From the NCBI GenBank assembly GCA_010093815.1, contig ML996584.1: 64,000 nt of DNA; one strand, 5' to 3'. Of the stretch, positions 63,346 to 64,000 are shown one piece after another (within the stretch, counting starts at the first letter, position 1; each line of letters starts with the position of its first letter). The notes beneath the pieces were generated by a model. It searched no databases. It saw only the letters and a list, made by a program, of their open reading frames with translations, and was not told the origin of the DNA. The position numbers and the translations under genes were made by a program. Source of the DNA: Pseudovirgaria hyperparasitica (lineage: Eukaryota).

Positions 63346-64000
63346 ACGGGGTTGACCATATGTCACTGTACTCACACCGACGCATAGGCTTTGAGACGGC
63401 TTAGCTGTATATATACCCCAAAATACGATCGAATATCCTGGCATCAACACGTTTCTCAAGGGTCCTAACGGTGGTGCTCTCGCCCATTCTATGCCCTCAT
63501 TGATCGCTCTGCTAAGCTTGTTCTGTGGATTGCCACTCCCTAATATACAGTTATCCATGAGCTGTTTTGTGAGCCAGAATGGAAGAGATGCGCGACCGCA
63601 TGAATGCCTCCTTGCAGATACTGCAAATCAGACAATGCACATGCACCGGACTCTGGCGCCCGCGCGTTGTGATAACTTTCCGACACACACAGCACCTTGA
63701 AGCTTTAATTTCTACCAGCCGTGGTCTCAACCCTCTTTAAGAGTTATTCGAAGAATGTAGCATTGGTCAAGGGAGCAAATTCGGCTAGGAAGACACTGCG
63801 CTTTTGTCCTCTTGTCATTCCCACACGAAGAGTAATCAACACAGGACCTACAACTTATCGACTCCACGCGCTCTTGTAGCTTTGCAAACGTCCAAGAATA
63901 AGGTTGCAACGGCATGGCTAAAGTGGCCACTGCGGCATCATATCTCTCAGACGTTCACTCGAAAATACGTGAAATCCAGCAACTTAAAAGAGCGTCACGG

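Noticed and set aside
63727..63930. 67-aa minus ORF at the window end
   Set aside because: GTG start with an upstream in-frame stop; it may be a last exon of an outside gene but this cannot be supported here.

Overview
Gene-dense eukaryotic DNA from a filamentous ascomycete (Pezizomycotina; Dothideomycete-like is only an impression). Introns are mostly ~45-60 nt and intergenic gaps are short. About 27 protein genes were reconstructed by hand across introns. Housekeeping genes include methylcitrate synthase, RPC1, SGF11, TOM70, an ABZ2-like ADC lyase, SPC98/GCP3, COG8, a UBE2O-like E2, MRS2/LPE10, PIG-H, PUS3, GNA1, MPC2 and NDUFA2. An accessory-looking block at ~12-28.4 kb holds a HET-ankyrin gene with a frameshift in a repeat tract, a TRI12-type MFS pump, an orphan ORF, an OPT transporter, an MCT-type MFS and a minimal PIP-kinase-fold gene. 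The most notable unexplained signals are: (1) a ~200-nt densely base-paired intergenic element with pseudoknot/switch potential at 30.3-30.5 kb; (2) the NOD-less, frameshifted HET-ANK gene; (3) a Rho-like protein with a P-loop Lys->Met substitution; (4) an FHA + RVxF + tail-anchor protein. No tRNA, rRNA, CRISPR array or intact transposon was recognised. All calls rest on motif recall; no searches were run.
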